Both the position numbers and the translations under genes were made by a program. 64,000 nucleotides of DNA, taken from positions 57,468 to 121,467 of IMG/VR virus record IMGVR_UViG_3300034062_003964. One strand, written 5' to 3'. The stretch is from a virus. The notes below the pieces were generated by a model that was not told the DNA's origin, did not search any database, and saw nothing but the letters and a program-made list of their open reading frames with translations. This document shows, piece by piece, positions 10,243 through 20,151 of this stretch (the first letter of the stretch is position 1; each line of letters begins with the position of its first letter).

Positions 10243-11163
10243 ATGAATAATGAAAATAAAATATTAGTAACCGGAGGTTCTGGGTTAGTTGGGAAGTATC
10301 TAAAAAAAATATTACCTGATGCCGTATATATCTCATCTAAAGATTACGATTTAACTACAGAAAATGGTGTTCAAAAGATGTTTTTAAAACACAAACCAAA
10401 TATTGTAATACATTTAGCCGCTAGGGTTGGGGGAATAATTGATAATATTGAGCACCCTGCGGAATATTTCACACAAAACGTTTTAATGAATACTCTTTTA
10501 GTTGAGTATTCTAGAATTTTTAAAGTAAAAAAATTTATAGGTATTTTAAGTACTTGTATCTATCCTGACATCGCAAAAAAATATCCGATGGATGAGTCAA
10601 TGTTACATGACGGACCACCAACTATAACAAATTTTTCATATGGGTATTCTAAACGTTCAATGGGGGCACAAATAGACGCATACAACCAACAATACAATTT
10701 AAACTATCAATACCTAATACCTTGTAATTTATACGGTGAAGAAGATAAAGATGATGAAAATAAAAGTCATTTTTTAACATCCCTTATAAAAAAAATACAC
10801 TCATCAAAAAAAAATAAAAAAGATGATATAACTCTTTTTGGTGACGGAACTCCATTACGTCAATTTATGTTTGCAGGTGATTTTGCTGAAATTATAAAAA
10901 TGACAATTGATAGTGGTGTGAACGATAGTTTTAATGTTGCAACAGAAGAAAACTTATCAATTAAAGATATGGCTGAAATAGCATTAAAAGTCACAAATAA
11001 TCAAAACATAAAAATAAATTGGGATACAACCAAACCAAATGGTCAATTTAGAAAAGACGTATCAATAGATAAATTTAAAAATTTGTTTCCAAATTTTAAA
11101 TTCACACCTTTAAGTGAAGGTATAAAATTAGTATATAATTCATATTATGGTAAAATTAGTTAA
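10243..11163 (+). CDS. fcl: GDP-L-fucose/GDP-L-colitose synthase (Fcl/ColC)
   Basis: TGGSGLVG, HLAARVGGI, STCIYP, YGYSKR, PCNLYG, GDGTPLRQF. Confidence 0.9.
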   Translation: MNNENKILVTGGSGLVGKYLKKILPDAVYISSKDYDLTTENGVQKMFLKHKPNIVIHLAARVGGIIDNIEHPAEYFTQNVLMNTLLVEYSRIFKVKKFIGILSTCIYPDIAKKYPMDESMLHDGPPTITNFSYGYSKRSMGAQIDAYNQQYNLNYQYLIPCNLYGEEDKDDENKSHFLTSLIKKIHSSKKNKKDDITLFGDGTPLRQFMFAGDFAEIIKMTIDSGVNDSFNVATEENLSIKDMAEIALKVTNNQNIKINWDTTKPNGQFRKDVSIDKFKNLFPNFKFTPLSEGIKLVYNSYYGKIS

Positions 11164-12295
11164 AGACACAATTGACAAAAACGACATCAATAAATTAATT
11201 GAGTGGTTAAATCAAGATGAAATACCAAGACTCACAAAAGGAGATTTAACTTGGGAATTAGAATCTAAATGGGCAAAAAAAATTGGGACAAAATACTCGG
11301 TATATGTTAACTCCGGGTCCTCAGCCATCCTTTTAGCGTTAGCCGCATTATTACACACAGATAAGTTGAGGAATAATAAAGTCGTTGTTCCAGGATTAAG
11401 TTGGGCAACCGATGTAAGTTCACCAATGTTATTAGGAATGGAACCAATACTTTGCGATTCTAACTTAGAAGACTTGTCTTGTGATTTAGAACATTTAGAG
11501 GAGTTGTTTAAGACAAATGACCCATCTTGTATGATTTTAGTCTCACCATTAGGTTTAGTACCTAACATGGAAAAAGTGATTTCATTGTGTGAAAAATACA
11601 ATGTTATTTTATTAGAAGACGTTTGTGAAAGTATGGGGTCAAAATATCAAGGAAAATATTTAGGTTCTTTTGGTTTTGCATCATTCTTCTCAATGTATTT
11701 TGGACATCACTTAAGTACAATTGAGGGTGGGTTTATAAACACAAACGATGAGGATTTTTATTACTCATTATTAATGATGAGAAGTCATGGGTGGGATAGA
11801 GATTTACCTACACACATACAAGAAAAGTTAAGAGAAGAAAATAATGTAAATGAGTTCGACTCTTTATACACTTTTTATTTACCAGGATTCAATTTAAGAG
11901 CGACAGATTTACAGGCGTTTATTGGTTTAATGGCAATTGATAAATTAGATGGGTATAGTAAAAAAAGAAATGAAAATTTTAAAAACTATAAATCACTAGT
12001 TGGTGATAATAAAATAATGTTGGGTGAAAACGAAGGTGATTTTGTATCAAACTTTGCATACCCAATTATCAATGAAAAAAGAAATGAGATAGTTAATAAA
12101 CTATTAGAAAAGAATATTGAGGTTAGACCTTTAATAGCTGGAGACATGTCAAAAAAACCAATGTGGGTAAAAAAATATGGTCCTGTTGAATTAAAAAATT
12201 GCGAATTAATAAACAAGTTCGGATTTTACATACCAAACCATCAAGGGTTGACTTTCGATGAAATCCAAACTATCGTATCTATAATTAACGAATGA
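11147..12295 (+). CDS. colD: GDP-4-keto-6-deoxymannose 3-dehydratase-like (DegT family with His in place of the PLP Lys)
   Basis: VNSGSSA, EDVCES, SMYFGHHLSTIEGG (His-His as in ColD), RSHGW; lies between fcl and gmd. Confidence 0.75.
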   Translation: MVKLVKDTIDKNDINKLIEWLNQDEIPRLTKGDLTWELESKWAKKIGTKYSVYVNSGSSAILLALAALLHTDKLRNNKVVVPGLSWATDVSSPMLLGMEPILCDSNLEDLSCDLEHLEELFKTNDPSCMILVSPLGLVPNMEKVISLCEKYNVILLEDVCESMGSKYQGKYLGSFGFASFFSMYFGHHLSTIEGGFINTNDEDFYYSLLMMRSHGWDRDLPTHIQEKLREENNVNEFDSLYTFYLPGFNLRATDLQAFIGLMAIDKLDGYSKKRNENFKNYKSLVGDNKIMLGENEGDFVSNFAYPIINEKRNEIVNKLLEKNIEVRPLIAGDMSKKPMWVKKYGPVELKNCELINKFGFYIPNHQGLTFDEIQTIVSIINE

Positions 12296-13269
12296 AAAAA
12301 GTAGCACTTATAACAGGGATTAATGGACAAGATGGTTCATATCTCGCAGAATTCCTTTTAGAAAAAGGTTATGAAGTTCATGGGACTTTGAAAAGAAATT
12401 CAGTGTCAGAAAATCAAACAAGTAGATTGGATAATGTATTTGATAAATTACATTTACATTATGCAGATTTAACCGATTTATCTTCACTCACAAGAGTAAT
12501 ACAAGAAGTTAAACCCGTTGAAATTTATAATTTAGCGGCACAATCACACGTAAGAATTTCTTTTGACCAACCAATTTATACCGCAAATGTAACAGGTCTT
12601 GGAACACTTAATTTATTAGAGGCGGTAAAATTATTAAACAAAGATATAAAAATATACCAAGCCTCCTCATCTGAAATGTTTGGTAATACTATTGATGATG
12701 ATGGATATCAAAGAGAGACTACTCAATTAAATCCCGTATCACCTTATGGTTGCGCAAAAGTATTCTCATATAACATTTGTAGAAACTATCGTAATTCATA
12801 TGGAATGAAAATATGGAATGGTATTTTGTTTAACCACGAATCACCAAGAAGAGGGACAAACTTCGTAACTAATAAAGTAGTCAAAGCTGCCGTTAGAATT
12901 AGTTTGGGTTTACAAGAAAAATTAAATATAGGTAATTTATACGCGACAAGAGATTGGGGTCACGCTAAAGATTATGTTGAAGCCATGTGGTTAATGTTAC
13001 AATCAGATAAACCTGAAGATTACGTGTGCTCGACAGGAGTTTCTCATTCTGTACAAGATTTATGTAGTTATGTGTTTAGTTCTTTAGGTTTAGACTATAG
13101 TGACTACATAGTAATTGATGAAAAACATTTTAGACCTGAAGAGTTATATGATTTAAAGGGAGATTCATCAAAATTAAGAGATGAATTAAATTGGAAACCA
13201 AAATATACTTTTGAATCAATGTTAGATGAAATGATTGAATATTGGGTGGACCACTATAAAAATAAATAA
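12292..13269 (+). CDS. gmd: GDP-mannose 4,6-dehydratase
   Basis: ITGINGQDGSYLAE, NLAAQSHV, QASSSEMFG, FNHESPRRG, RDWGHAKDY. Confidence 0.96.
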   Translation: MKKVALITGINGQDGSYLAEFLLEKGYEVHGTLKRNSVSENQTSRLDNVFDKLHLHYADLTDLSSLTRVIQEVKPVEIYNLAAQSHVRISFDQPIYTANVTGLGTLNLLEAVKLLNKDIKIYQASSSEMFGNTIDDDGYQRETTQLNPVSPYGCAKVFSYNICRNYRNSYGMKIWNGILFNHESPRRGTNFVTNKVVKAAVRISLGLQEKLNIGNLYATRDWGHAKDYVEAMWLMLQSDKPEDYVCSTGVSHSVQDLCSYVFSSLGLDYSDYIVIDEKHFRPEELYDLKGDSSKLRDELNWKPKYTFESMLDEMIEYWVDHYKNK

Positions 13270-13276
13270 TAATTAA

Positions 13277-14014
13277 ATGACGAGAAGAAAAATAACTCAA
13301 CCAGAGGAACCTGTAATTCCTAAAACAATCACTAAGAAGGATTTCATAAACTCAGTTATTAAAAGAAAACAAAAAAATAAATTCTTATCTGACAACCAAA
13401 AAGAGTATTATGACCTATTGATTTCTAATCAAATAACTATATGTTCAGGTCCCGCGGGTGTTGGTAAAAGTTTTATTTCTATGAGAGCGGCAGTTGACCT
13501 TTTAATGGACCCAAACAACTCTTATGAAAAACTTATTATTGTTAGACCGGCTGTTGAAGCTGAAGAAAAACTTGGTTCATTACCGGGTAATTTAGAGGAG
13601 AAATTAGACCCATACATTTTCCCATCATATTATCTTTTAAATAAAATTATTGGAAAAGAGGCGAGAGAAAAACTTAAAGAAGCTGAAATTATCGAAGTTT
13701 TTGCATTAGCATATATGAGAGGAATGAACATCGATAACTCGATTTTAATTTTTGAAGAAGGTCAGAACGCAACACCAAATCAAATGAAATTACTATTGAC
13801 AAGGATTGGTTTTAATAGTAAGTTCTTTATATCGGGCGACTTAGAACAAACTGATAGATATAAAGATAAAAAACAATCGGGGTTATACGATGCACTACAA
13901 AGATTTAAAGATATATCTGATGTTGGTATCTATGATTTTAGAAATGCAAAAAATGTAAGGAACCCACTAATAAGTAAAATATTAGAAAAATACGATGAAG
14001 AGAATAGGAATTGA
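13277..14014 (+). CDS. phoH: PhoH-like ATPase
   Basis: GPAGVGKS, RPAVE, LGSLPG, YMRG, EEGQN, GDLEQTD. Confidence 0.93.
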   Translation: MTRRKITQPEEPVIPKTITKKDFINSVIKRKQKNKFLSDNQKEYYDLLISNQITICSGPAGVGKSFISMRAAVDLLMDPNNSYEKLIIVRPAVEAEEKLGSLPGNLEEKLDPYIFPSYYLLNKIIGKEAREKLKEAEIIEVFALAYMRGMNIDNSILIFEEGQNATPNQMKLLLTRIGFNSKFFISGDLEQTDRYKDKKQSGLYDALQRFKDISDVGIYDFRNAKNVRNPLISKILEKYDEENRN

Positions 14015-14648
14015 GGTTAATGGTGTATTAAGAGACACTTTTGGTAAGTTTAGACAAATATATGAAAAACATATGATTGAAAACTATGAGTCTGAAAATA
14101 CCAATCAAACGTTCACTATGGATATATCTGGTAACACTTCACTTGATGGTGTTGAGAATGAATTTACATACGAAATTATTGAACCTATTGATACATTTGA
14201 ATTAAAAAATCATTTTAAATTTAAGTCAGATGAGGAATTATATGATTTTATGTTTAATGATTTTCCTATGCAAATATTTGGTCACGCTGGGTCTACTGAA
14301 ACATTCACATTTAATGACCTGAATAATTTTTATACTAAAAATAGAGATGAATATGAAATTTTTATTGTATCAGATGAGATTGGCAAATCTAAACCATCCA
14401 CTCTATTCTTTCTTTCAAAGTTTGGGTGTTTAATAGAGAACATAAAGTTTTATTCAAACTCCACATTAGATAATATGTGGGATACAATTGACATATTATT
14501 AACATCAAATCCAAATCTTATAACAACACACCCCGATAATAAGGTTTTGGTTCAATATGTTACTGAATATAACAAAAATATAGATAACAAATATAAAATA
14601 GATAAGTTGGGAGACTTTGATGAATTAATTAAACAAATCAAATTATGA
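13995..14648 (+). CDS. Degenerate HAD/5'-nucleotidase-like protein
   Basis: RIGIEVNGVLRD resembles the IGIDxDGVL motif but lacks the catalytic Asps. Confidence 0.45.
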   Translation: MKRIGIEVNGVLRDTFGKFRQIYEKHMIENYESENTNQTFTMDISGNTSLDGVENEFTYEIIEPIDTFELKNHFKFKSDEELYDFMFNDFPMQIFGHAGSTETFTFNDLNNFYTKNRDEYEIFIVSDEIGKSKPSTLFFLSKFGCLIENIKFYSNSTLDNMWDTIDILLTSNPNLITTHPDNKVLVQYVTEYNKNIDNKYKIDKLGDFDELIKQIKL

Positions 14649-14926
14649 TTGCATTTTTAGGTGAAAACTATTACATTGATGTTGATGAACTTGAGAATCA
14701 AGTAAGTTTATCCAACTCTAAAGTTTTACCGCTATCAGGTGAAACAGAAACGGAACAAATAAGTGTTACCAGATACGAAACATTTAAACTTTTATTAGAT
14801 GTGGTATTATCAGAAAGGGAAGAAGTTGATGAAAATTTAGGATTGCATGGAGCAAAAGCTCTAACAATACCATTTAAATTATCTTTTAATACACTATTAT
14901 TAAATAAAATAATCAAAAAATTTTAA
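14645..14926 (+). CDS. Hypothetical protein
   Basis: ORF coupled to the upstream gene by an ATGA overlap. Confidence 0.7.
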   Translation: MIAFLGENYYIDVDELENQVSLSNSKVLPLSGETETEQISVTRYETFKLLLDVVLSEREEVDENLGLHGAKALTIPFKLSFNTLLLNKIIKKF

Positions 14927-14929
14927 AAA

Positions 14930-15997
14930 ATGGATTTAGAAAAAATACAAAAAGTAGAAGGTTCTATTAAAAATTTAGAAGATAGAAGTGCAAGAGTTTA
15001 TTTTTTAGTACAAGACACTAAAGGTAACCCAAAGGCAAGTATCAAATATATTTACGATATTGCTAAAACATTAAAAAATAATAATTATAACCCTATTATT
15101 ATTCACGAAACTAAAGAATATGAGGGGGTATCATCTTGGTTAGATGAGTCATATGATGACTTACCTCACCAATCAATTGATGGTCAAAATCTTGCAATTT
15201 CACCTGAAGATATTATTGTTTTACCTGAACTTTATGGTCACGTAATGGAACAAATTAAAAATTTACCTTGTGGGAAAATTGTACTATGTCAAGCTTACGA
15301 CCACATGTTCGAGACATTACCTCCAGGGGTGTCTTGGTCTCAATTAGGTATCTATAAATGTATTACAACATCTGAAAAACAAAAAGAATATATTTCAGAA
15401 ATAATGAAAAGTGTAAGTTTTGATATTTTAGAACCTTATATTGACGAGGTATTTACTAAAAAGGAAAAACCATCTAAACCGATTATTTCTATTCACACAA
15501 GAGAACCTAGAGATACCGCAAAAATCATTAAAACTTTTTATCTTAAATACCCACAATATCGATGGATTACATTTAGAGATATGAGAGGTATTACCATTAA
15601 AGATTTTTCTAAATTTTTAAAAGATTCTTTTTTAAGTGTTTGGGTTGATAATGAGTCGGCATTTGGTACATACCCTTTAGAATCTATGTCAAGCGGAACT
15701 CCGGTAATCGCTAAAGTCCCAAACATGCAACCAGTATGGATGAATGAAGAAAATGGAGTTTGGATTAATAACTTAAATGAGATGGTAGATGTGATTGCGA
15801 ACTTTATCCAAAATTGGTTGGAGGATAATATTTCAGAAACATTATATGATAATATGTCGTCAACATCTTCTACCTATAAAAACAAAGAAAAATTTAATTC
15901 GACTGTTTTAGAATTATTTGATGAATATTTCACAACAAGAAAAGATTCATTCCAAGAACAACTTGATAAACTTAAAATTACAGAAGAAACAAATTAA
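14930..15997 (+). CDS. Glycosyltransferase (GT-B, GT4-like)
   Basis: ESAFGTYPLESMSSGTPVI nucleotide-sugar-binding motif; IVLPE. Confidence 0.7.
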   Translation: MDLEKIQKVEGSIKNLEDRSARVYFLVQDTKGNPKASIKYIYDIAKTLKNNNYNPIIIHETKEYEGVSSWLDESYDDLPHQSIDGQNLAISPEDIIVLPELYGHVMEQIKNLPCGKIVLCQAYDHMFETLPPGVSWSQLGIYKCITTSEKQKEYISEIMKSVSFDILEPYIDEVFTKKEKPSKPIISIHTREPRDTAKIIKTFYLKYPQYRWITFRDMRGITIKDFSKFLKDSFLSVWVDNESAFGTYPLESMSSGTPVIAKVPNMQPVWMNEENGVWINNLNEMVDVIANFIQNWLEDNISETLYDNMSSTSSTYKNKEKFNSTVLELFDEYFTTRKDSFQEQLDKLKITEETN

Positions 15998-16001
15998 TAT
16001 T

Positions 16002-16808
16002 ATGGAAAATATTTTAAACGTATCGGTTATATTACCAATCAATTCTTTCAAAAACAGAGATTTTGATACATACTTTGATAGAGCGATTAAATCTATACAA
16101 ATTCAACACACTAAACCATCGGAAGTTGTAATTGTACATTCAGATGAAGATGGATTAAAAACAAAATTAGAAACTTTTGACTATAGTGGATTAACAGTAA
16201 ACTTTATAGAAAATAAAGGTAAAGTAGATTTTTCATCACAGATAAATTTAGGTGTTGAAAACGCTAAATCTGATTATATTAGTATTCTTGAGTTTGACGA
16301 CGAATACTCAACAATTTGGTTTAAAAATGTAAAAAGATATATTGAAGCGTATCCTGAAGTTGAAACGTTTTTACCATTGGTTGTGGATACCGATGAAAAA
16401 GGTATGTTTGTTGGGTTTACTAACGAAGCCACATTCGCTGCGAGTTTGAACACAGAAATTGGGTATCTAACAAATGAAGTTTTAATGAATTACCAAAATT
16501 TTCAAACAAGTGGGATGGTTATTAAAAAATCTACGTACTTAGATAACGGAGGTTTAAAACCATCCTTCAAACTTACTTTTGTTTATGAATTTTTATTAAG
16601 ATTAACATATAATTCAGTACAAATTATGACCATTCCAAGAATCGGTTATAAGCACATGAATTTTAGAGAAGGTTCAATATTTTGGAATTATAAAAATGGT
16701 CAAAATAGAATTTCAGATGATGAGGTTGCATTTTGGATTGAGTCGGCAAAAAAAGAACATTTTTTCACTTCTGATAGAAATATAAAATATGAACCACAGG
16801 AGGTATAA
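16002..16808 (+). CDS. Glycosyltransferase family 2
   Basis: VSVILP, AIKSI..Q, INLGV..AKSDYISILEFDD; ATG at 16002 avoids overlap with the upstream gene. Confidence 0.8.
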   Translation: MENILNVSVILPINSFKNRDFDTYFDRAIKSIQIQHTKPSEVVIVHSDEDGLKTKLETFDYSGLTVNFIENKGKVDFSSQINLGVENAKSDYISILEFDDEYSTIWFKNVKRYIEAYPEVETFLPLVVDTDEKGMFVGFTNEATFAASLNTEIGYLTNEVLMNYQNFQTSGMVIKKSTYLDNGGLKPSFKLTFVYEFLLRLTYNSVQIMTIPRIGYKHMNFREGSIFWNYKNGQNRISDDEVAFWIESAKKEHFFTSDRNIKYEPQEV

Positions 16809-17560
16809 TGATATTATCGTCAGGAACTATAACTGAAGTTACTTACGAAACGAATAAGACGGATAAAAAAATTAAAAAAAATAATTATTTTGATGTTCGT
16901 GAAGAAGAGGCGGTAAAGGCATATTTAATAGCCGAAACAAAAATAGAAAAAGACCTCATTTATAATGAGTTTTTAAAATACCCTCTTGATAAGATGATTG
17001 AATCGATTATACGTCGTTATAAGTTATATCGTAAAGATATGGACTATAACGACGTTCATACCGACGCACACTCATTCTTAATGACCAAAGTGGATAAGTT
17101 TAAGCCAGCAAAAAATAAAAAAGCATATTCATATTTTGGTACAATTTGTAAGAATTATTTAATGGGTCAAATTTTAAAAGACCAAAAAGAAACAAATAGA
17201 AAAGTATCATACGAAGATATCTCAAGCGCATTAGAAAATAGACCAGACATGGTTTATTATTTGGAATTTGAAAAAATAGATGCAGAAAAAATAATAGATA
17301 AATTTTTAATAGATTTAAAAGACTACGTCATGAATTCGCAACTTCAAGAAAACGAAAGTAAACTTGGGTACGCACTTATAGAATTATTTGACGATTACGG
17401 TAATATCTTTATTGGAAATGATAATAATAAGTTTAATAAAAACATTGTGTTATTAACATTAAGGGAGATGACAAATCTTAATACTAAAGAAATTAGAACA
17501 TACTTAAAAAAATACAAATCTCTTTATTTAGAAACTTTAAAAAAGATACATAATCAATAA
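16808..17560 (+). CDS. T4 gp55-like late-transcription sigma factor
   Basis: NYF near N-terminus; KFKPAKNKKAYSYFGTICKNYL parallels gp55-family NFDPEKSKNPFAYFTQI (sigma region 2); precedes structural genes. Confidence 0.7.
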   Translation: MILSSGTITEVTYETNKTDKKIKKNNYFDVREEEAVKAYLIAETKIEKDLIYNEFLKYPLDKMIESIIRRYKLYRKDMDYNDVHTDAHSFLMTKVDKFKPAKNKKAYSYFGTICKNYLMGQILKDQKETNRKVSYEDISSALENRPDMVYYLEFEKIDAEKIIDKFLIDLKDYVMNSQLQENESKLGYALIELFDDYGNIFIGNDNNKFNKNIVLLTLREMTNLNTKEIRTYLKKYKSLYLETLKKIHNQ

Positions 17561-17576
17561 TTAAATATTTATTGAT

Positions 17577-17945
17577 ATGAATAGAGCAAGAAAAAAAGAA
17601 ATTAGTTTAAACAAAGACTCGGTATTAAGTTTAATGCAGGAGATTTACAATGAATTAGTTGAACAACGTGCAACTGCGATAAGAATACAAAATAAAATGT
17701 TAGCACTTCTAAAGGACCCTGAGGACATGACTCTTATTGGTCCTGTTATAAAAGAACAACAAAAAATAATTAACGATACTATCGAAAAGAAGTTAACTCT
17801 TTCTAAATTACAATCAGGTATTTGGGAAAAATCTAACAACGCTAAGGAAGATAGTTTTAGTTTATCTGATATGGATGAAGATACTTTACAATCGTTAATA
17901 CAAAAAGATGTTGATAATAATAAAGGTCAAAACTACCAACTTTAA
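17577..17945 (+). CDS. Hypothetical coiled-coil protein
   Basis: ORF with a TATTTAT motif immediately upstream. Confidence 0.7.
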   Translation: MNRARKKEISLNKDSVLSLMQEIYNELVEQRATAIRIQNKMLALLKDPEDMTLIGPVIKEQQKIINDTIEKKLTLSKLQSGIWEKSNNAKEDSFSLSDMDEDTLQSLIQKDVDNNKGQNYQL

Positions 17946-17947
17946 TC

Positions 17948-19948
17948 ATGGGATTAGATTTACAAAATGATTACGAAAAGGCTAAAAGTAAAATTAACGC
18001 TTACAAAACTACTGCCGAAACCAAAAAGGCAAACCTTTTAAAGTCAAAAGAAAAGGCACAAACTTCTTTAGATAAAAAGAAAAGTGATACGGTTAAACAA
18101 ATAAGTGAATTAGAAAACAAGGCTAAAGATTTTGTAAGCAAACAAAAAAATGAAATTAAAAGTGAGGTTAAAAATCAATTAGAACAACTTTTAGAATTAT
18201 TTAAACAAACATTCCCACCATCAGAAAACAAATCTATGGATACGGTTAGGAGGATTTTTTTAGAAGCAACACAAAACACAAAAGAAAAAGTAAAAAGTAT
18301 ATTAATCGAAGAGATAGTCTCAACCATAGGTTGTTCAGAAGAACAGTCCTATGAAGATAAAGTGAATCAAGACATTTATATAAAAGTAGGTCAAATTGAT
18401 TTATTTAAAAAGTTAATATACTCACCGGATGATGAAACCGCGAAATACTATTACGAAATTAAAAAAACCCCAAATGGTATAACACCATATAGTTTGAATA
18501 GGGAACTTTATAATAGAATTCAAAACTTAGGTCAGTCCTATGAAACTGAATACGGAACTTCATATTACGGGGCATCAGGACAAGAACTTTTTAACATTGA
18601 GTATGTTCAATCTTACCCAAGTAATAACCCAACAAACTTTGGTGATTTTTACAAAATTAATTTAAAACCACAATTAAATAATACGACTTCAGTTACAGAT
18701 TTCTTATTTGATTATTACAATAGTATTGAAATATTTGGTTTAAACTCAATTTACACAGAATTACTAAATCAACTTTTTGGTGGTTTTGATTTTAAATTGA
18801 GTCTGTCTACCGACAAAATGAGAGAAGAGAAAAAATTCGATTTAATCATTAAAAGAATTATGGGAGTTTGTTCTGACCCAACTAAAAATATTGATGTTAG
18901 TGGTAACGCTAAATTAAATGATTTAGATTTAATTGATGAAAGTTTTTTTGAAGTAACTAATCAAGAATTAAGAGGGATTGAAAATGACATTAATAATATC
19001 ATTTCAGGTTTAGTAGAATTTGAATCATGTGAAGGGGTTAAGTTACCTATTAACCCTAATGCTATGTTTAGTTCATTAGACCAAGTTATTACTGAAACGA
19101 ACCCGTCAAAACAAATTGATTTAATTGAAAGTGGTTTAGATGAATTATCAAAAGACCCAAATTGGAGTAATCAAATACCGGGTATAGGATTTAATTTAGA
19201 CATTAAAGGCGATATCGATTTTAAAGTAATTTCACAAATGGCCAAAGTTATTTACAGAACGGTATTATCACCTAAAGTGATGTTAGGTTTTTTAATTATG
19301 GTTAAAGCATTGAATAACAATTTGGCAAATACCTTAGACGGAGCATACGACGATTTAACCAACTTTATGAAGACATTTAGAAAATTTAATGTAAATTTTA
19401 TACAAAGAATTTTTTCTTTGTTTGTTGAGGAATTGTTTTTAATAATAAAAAGAGACATTAAAAGATTTGTTGAGGGGATTTTACTTGATATAGTAAAAGA
19501 AGCAAAAAATAAACAACTACAAATGTATTCGTCCATTCTTTACGCCCTTTTAATTGCCGGTGAAGCATTAATTGATTTTAGAAATTGTAAAAGTGTGATT
19601 GATGAAATATTAAAATTATTGAATTTAGGTATTAGTCAATTAAATATTGGGTTACCAACATTCGCATTAGCAGCTTCAAAACTTTTAAGTGGTATATCGG
19701 ATACAAGAGCATTGTCGAATGTAATAGAAAATTTACAAAAATCGGGGTTACCAACTGGAGATTTACCAGACGGAAGTCCAAATTTTATGAATAATGCATT
19801 TAAAGGTATTATAGATGGTATGAATAAAGAACAAGCGGAAAATGGTAAAACTGAAGTGTTTATACCACCATTAACTGTTGTTGTGCCTCCTTTTGGTGCG
19901 GGACCTGGCGTTACAAAATTTTCAAAAGGATTTGGTAAATCGTTTTAA
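17948..19948 (+). CDS. Hypothetical (probable virion/baseplate-associated) protein
   Basis: 666-aa ORF in an operon with the spike gene. Confidence 0.6.
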   Translation: MGLDLQNDYEKAKSKINAYKTTAETKKANLLKSKEKAQTSLDKKKSDTVKQISELENKAKDFVSKQKNEIKSEVKNQLEQLLELFKQTFPPSENKSMDTVRRIFLEATQNTKEKVKSILIEEIVSTIGCSEEQSYEDKVNQDIYIKVGQIDLFKKLIYSPDDETAKYYYEIKKTPNGITPYSLNRELYNRIQNLGQSYETEYGTSYYGASGQELFNIEYVQSYPSNNPTNFGDFYKINLKPQLNNTTSVTDFLFDYYNSIEIFGLNSIYTELLNQLFGGFDFKLSLSTDKMREEKKFDLIIKRIMGVCSDPTKNIDVSGNAKLNDLDLIDESFFEVTNQELRGIENDINNIISGLVEFESCEGVKLPINPNAMFSSLDQVITETNPSKQIDLIESGLDELSKDPNWSNQIPGIGFNLDIKGDIDFKVISQMAKVIYRTVLSPKVMLGFLIMVKALNNNLANTLDGAYDDLTNFMKTFRKFNVNFIQRIFSLFVEELFLIIKRDIKRFVEGILLDIVKEAKNKQLQMYSSILYALLIAGEALIDFRNCKSVIDEILKLLNLGISQLNIGLPTFALAASKLLSGISDTRALSNVIENLQKSGLPTGDLPDGSPNFMNNAFKGIIDGMNKEQAENGKTEVFIPPLTVVVPPFGAGPGVTKFSKGFGKSF

Positions 19949-19950
19949 TT

Positions 19951-20151
19951 ATGGAAGCGGAAGAAATAAAAGAAATATTAAAAAACCATAAAAATAAACC
20001 AAACAAAGATTTGGTTGGAGTTATGGATTTTTTGAAGGAAGATTTTGATAAAACTAAAGACCTTATTATCAAATTAACGCATCATTTAGATGGTGTCGAA
20101 AAAGAATATAATAAAGTTTATGATGAATATAGAAAAAGATTAAATGGCTGA
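19951..20151 (+). CDS. Hypothetical protein
   Basis: Short ORF packed tightly into the operon. Confidence 0.65.
   Translation: MEAEEIKEILKNHKNKPNKDLVGVMDFLKEDFDKTKDLIIKLTHHLDGVEKEYNKVYDEYRKRLNG

Noticed and set aside
2784-12216. Short overlapping minus-strand ORFs (e.g. 2784-3200, 6145-6432, 7533-7874, 11212-11601)
   Set aside because: Antisense to well-supported enzymes, with no motifs.
1-16808. Bacterial O-antigen/capsule locus or prophage boundary
   Set aside because: No wzx/wzy/transporters or integrase; it runs directly into phoH, the gp55-like sigma and structural genes with similar composition.
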